Below are positions 63,415-64,000 of a stretch of 64,000 bases of DNA, in pieces. Within the stretch, counting starts at the first letter, position 1, and every line of letters begins with the position of its first letter. Below the pieces are notes generated by a model. It saw only the letters and a program-made list of their open reading frames with translations. It was not told where the DNA came from and searched no databases. Origin of the DNA: Eledone cirrhosa (Eukaryota). The stretch is from NCBI GenBank assembly GCA_964016885.1, contig OZ024762.1:28954001-29018000 (forward strand), written 5' to 3'. Made by a program: the position numbers and the translations under genes.

Positions 63415-64000
63415 TACATTCTCTACATTTCACATCTCACACAATTCACATCTATATTTCACATTATACAATCCACACCTTTACATTTCACATATCCTAC
63501 ATTTCACATCACCTACATTTCACATCTCTTACATTTCACATCCTTACATTTCACATCTCCTGCATTTCACATCTCCTACATTTCACATCTCCTACATTTC
63601 ACATCTCCTACATTTCACATCTCTTACATTTCACATCTACATTTCACATCTACATTTCACATCTCCTACATTTCACATCTCTTACATTTCACATCTCCTA
63701 CATTTCACATCTCTTACATTTCACATCCTTACATTTCACATCTCCTACATTTCACATCTCCTACATTTCACATCTACATTTCACATCTCCTACATTTCAC
63801 ATCACCTACATTTCACATCTCTTACATTTCACATCCTTACATTTCACATCTCTTACATTTCACATCTCCTACATTTCACATCTCCTACATTTCACATCTC
63901 CTACATTTAACATCTCCTACATTTCACATCTCTTACATTTCACATCTCCTACATTTCACATCTCTTACATTTCACATCTCTTACATTTCACATCTCCTAC
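63415..64000. repeat. ~16-bp minisatellite running off the window
   Basis: ACATTTCACATCTC(C/T)T repeated. Confidence 0.95.

Noticed and set aside
61982-63910. 642-aa EGF plus poly-Thr mucin-like ORF
   Set aside because: Strong donor at 62082; all three + frames and a - frame are open because (ACC/ACT)n lacks stops.

Overview
Eukaryotic, AT- and microsatellite-rich genomic DNA. The repeat repertoire (RTE LINEs with (GAT)n tails, tRNA-headed SINEs, long (TA/CA)n tracts) suggests a mollusc, probably an octopus; this is inference. The window lies inside one large + strand multi-exon gene whose start and end are outside the window. It shows the C-terminal exon of an F-type-lectin/galactose-binding-like domain (~6.9-7.1 kb). 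After that come at least 12 intact symmetric phase-1 EGF/laminin-EGF-like exons (one of 135 bp, the rest 138 bp), three damaged copies and several partial echoes, consistent with a MEGF10/SREC/receptor-PTP-type ectodomain growing by tandem exon duplication. The introns hold two head-to-tail Tx1-clade LINEs in the internal repeat of a TTAA (piggyBac-like) MITE, three RTE LINEs, CR1 fragments, hAT and Tc1/mariner MITEs, many SINEs, a fold-back element, a minimal hammerhead ribozyme motif and over ten minisatellites. Several minisatellites can be traced to a parent sequence in the window, including a ~5 kb array built from the 3' half of the EGF exon. Almost all long ORFs in the supplied track outside the LINEs are repeat artefacts. 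Copy numbers are estimates from span divided by unit length.
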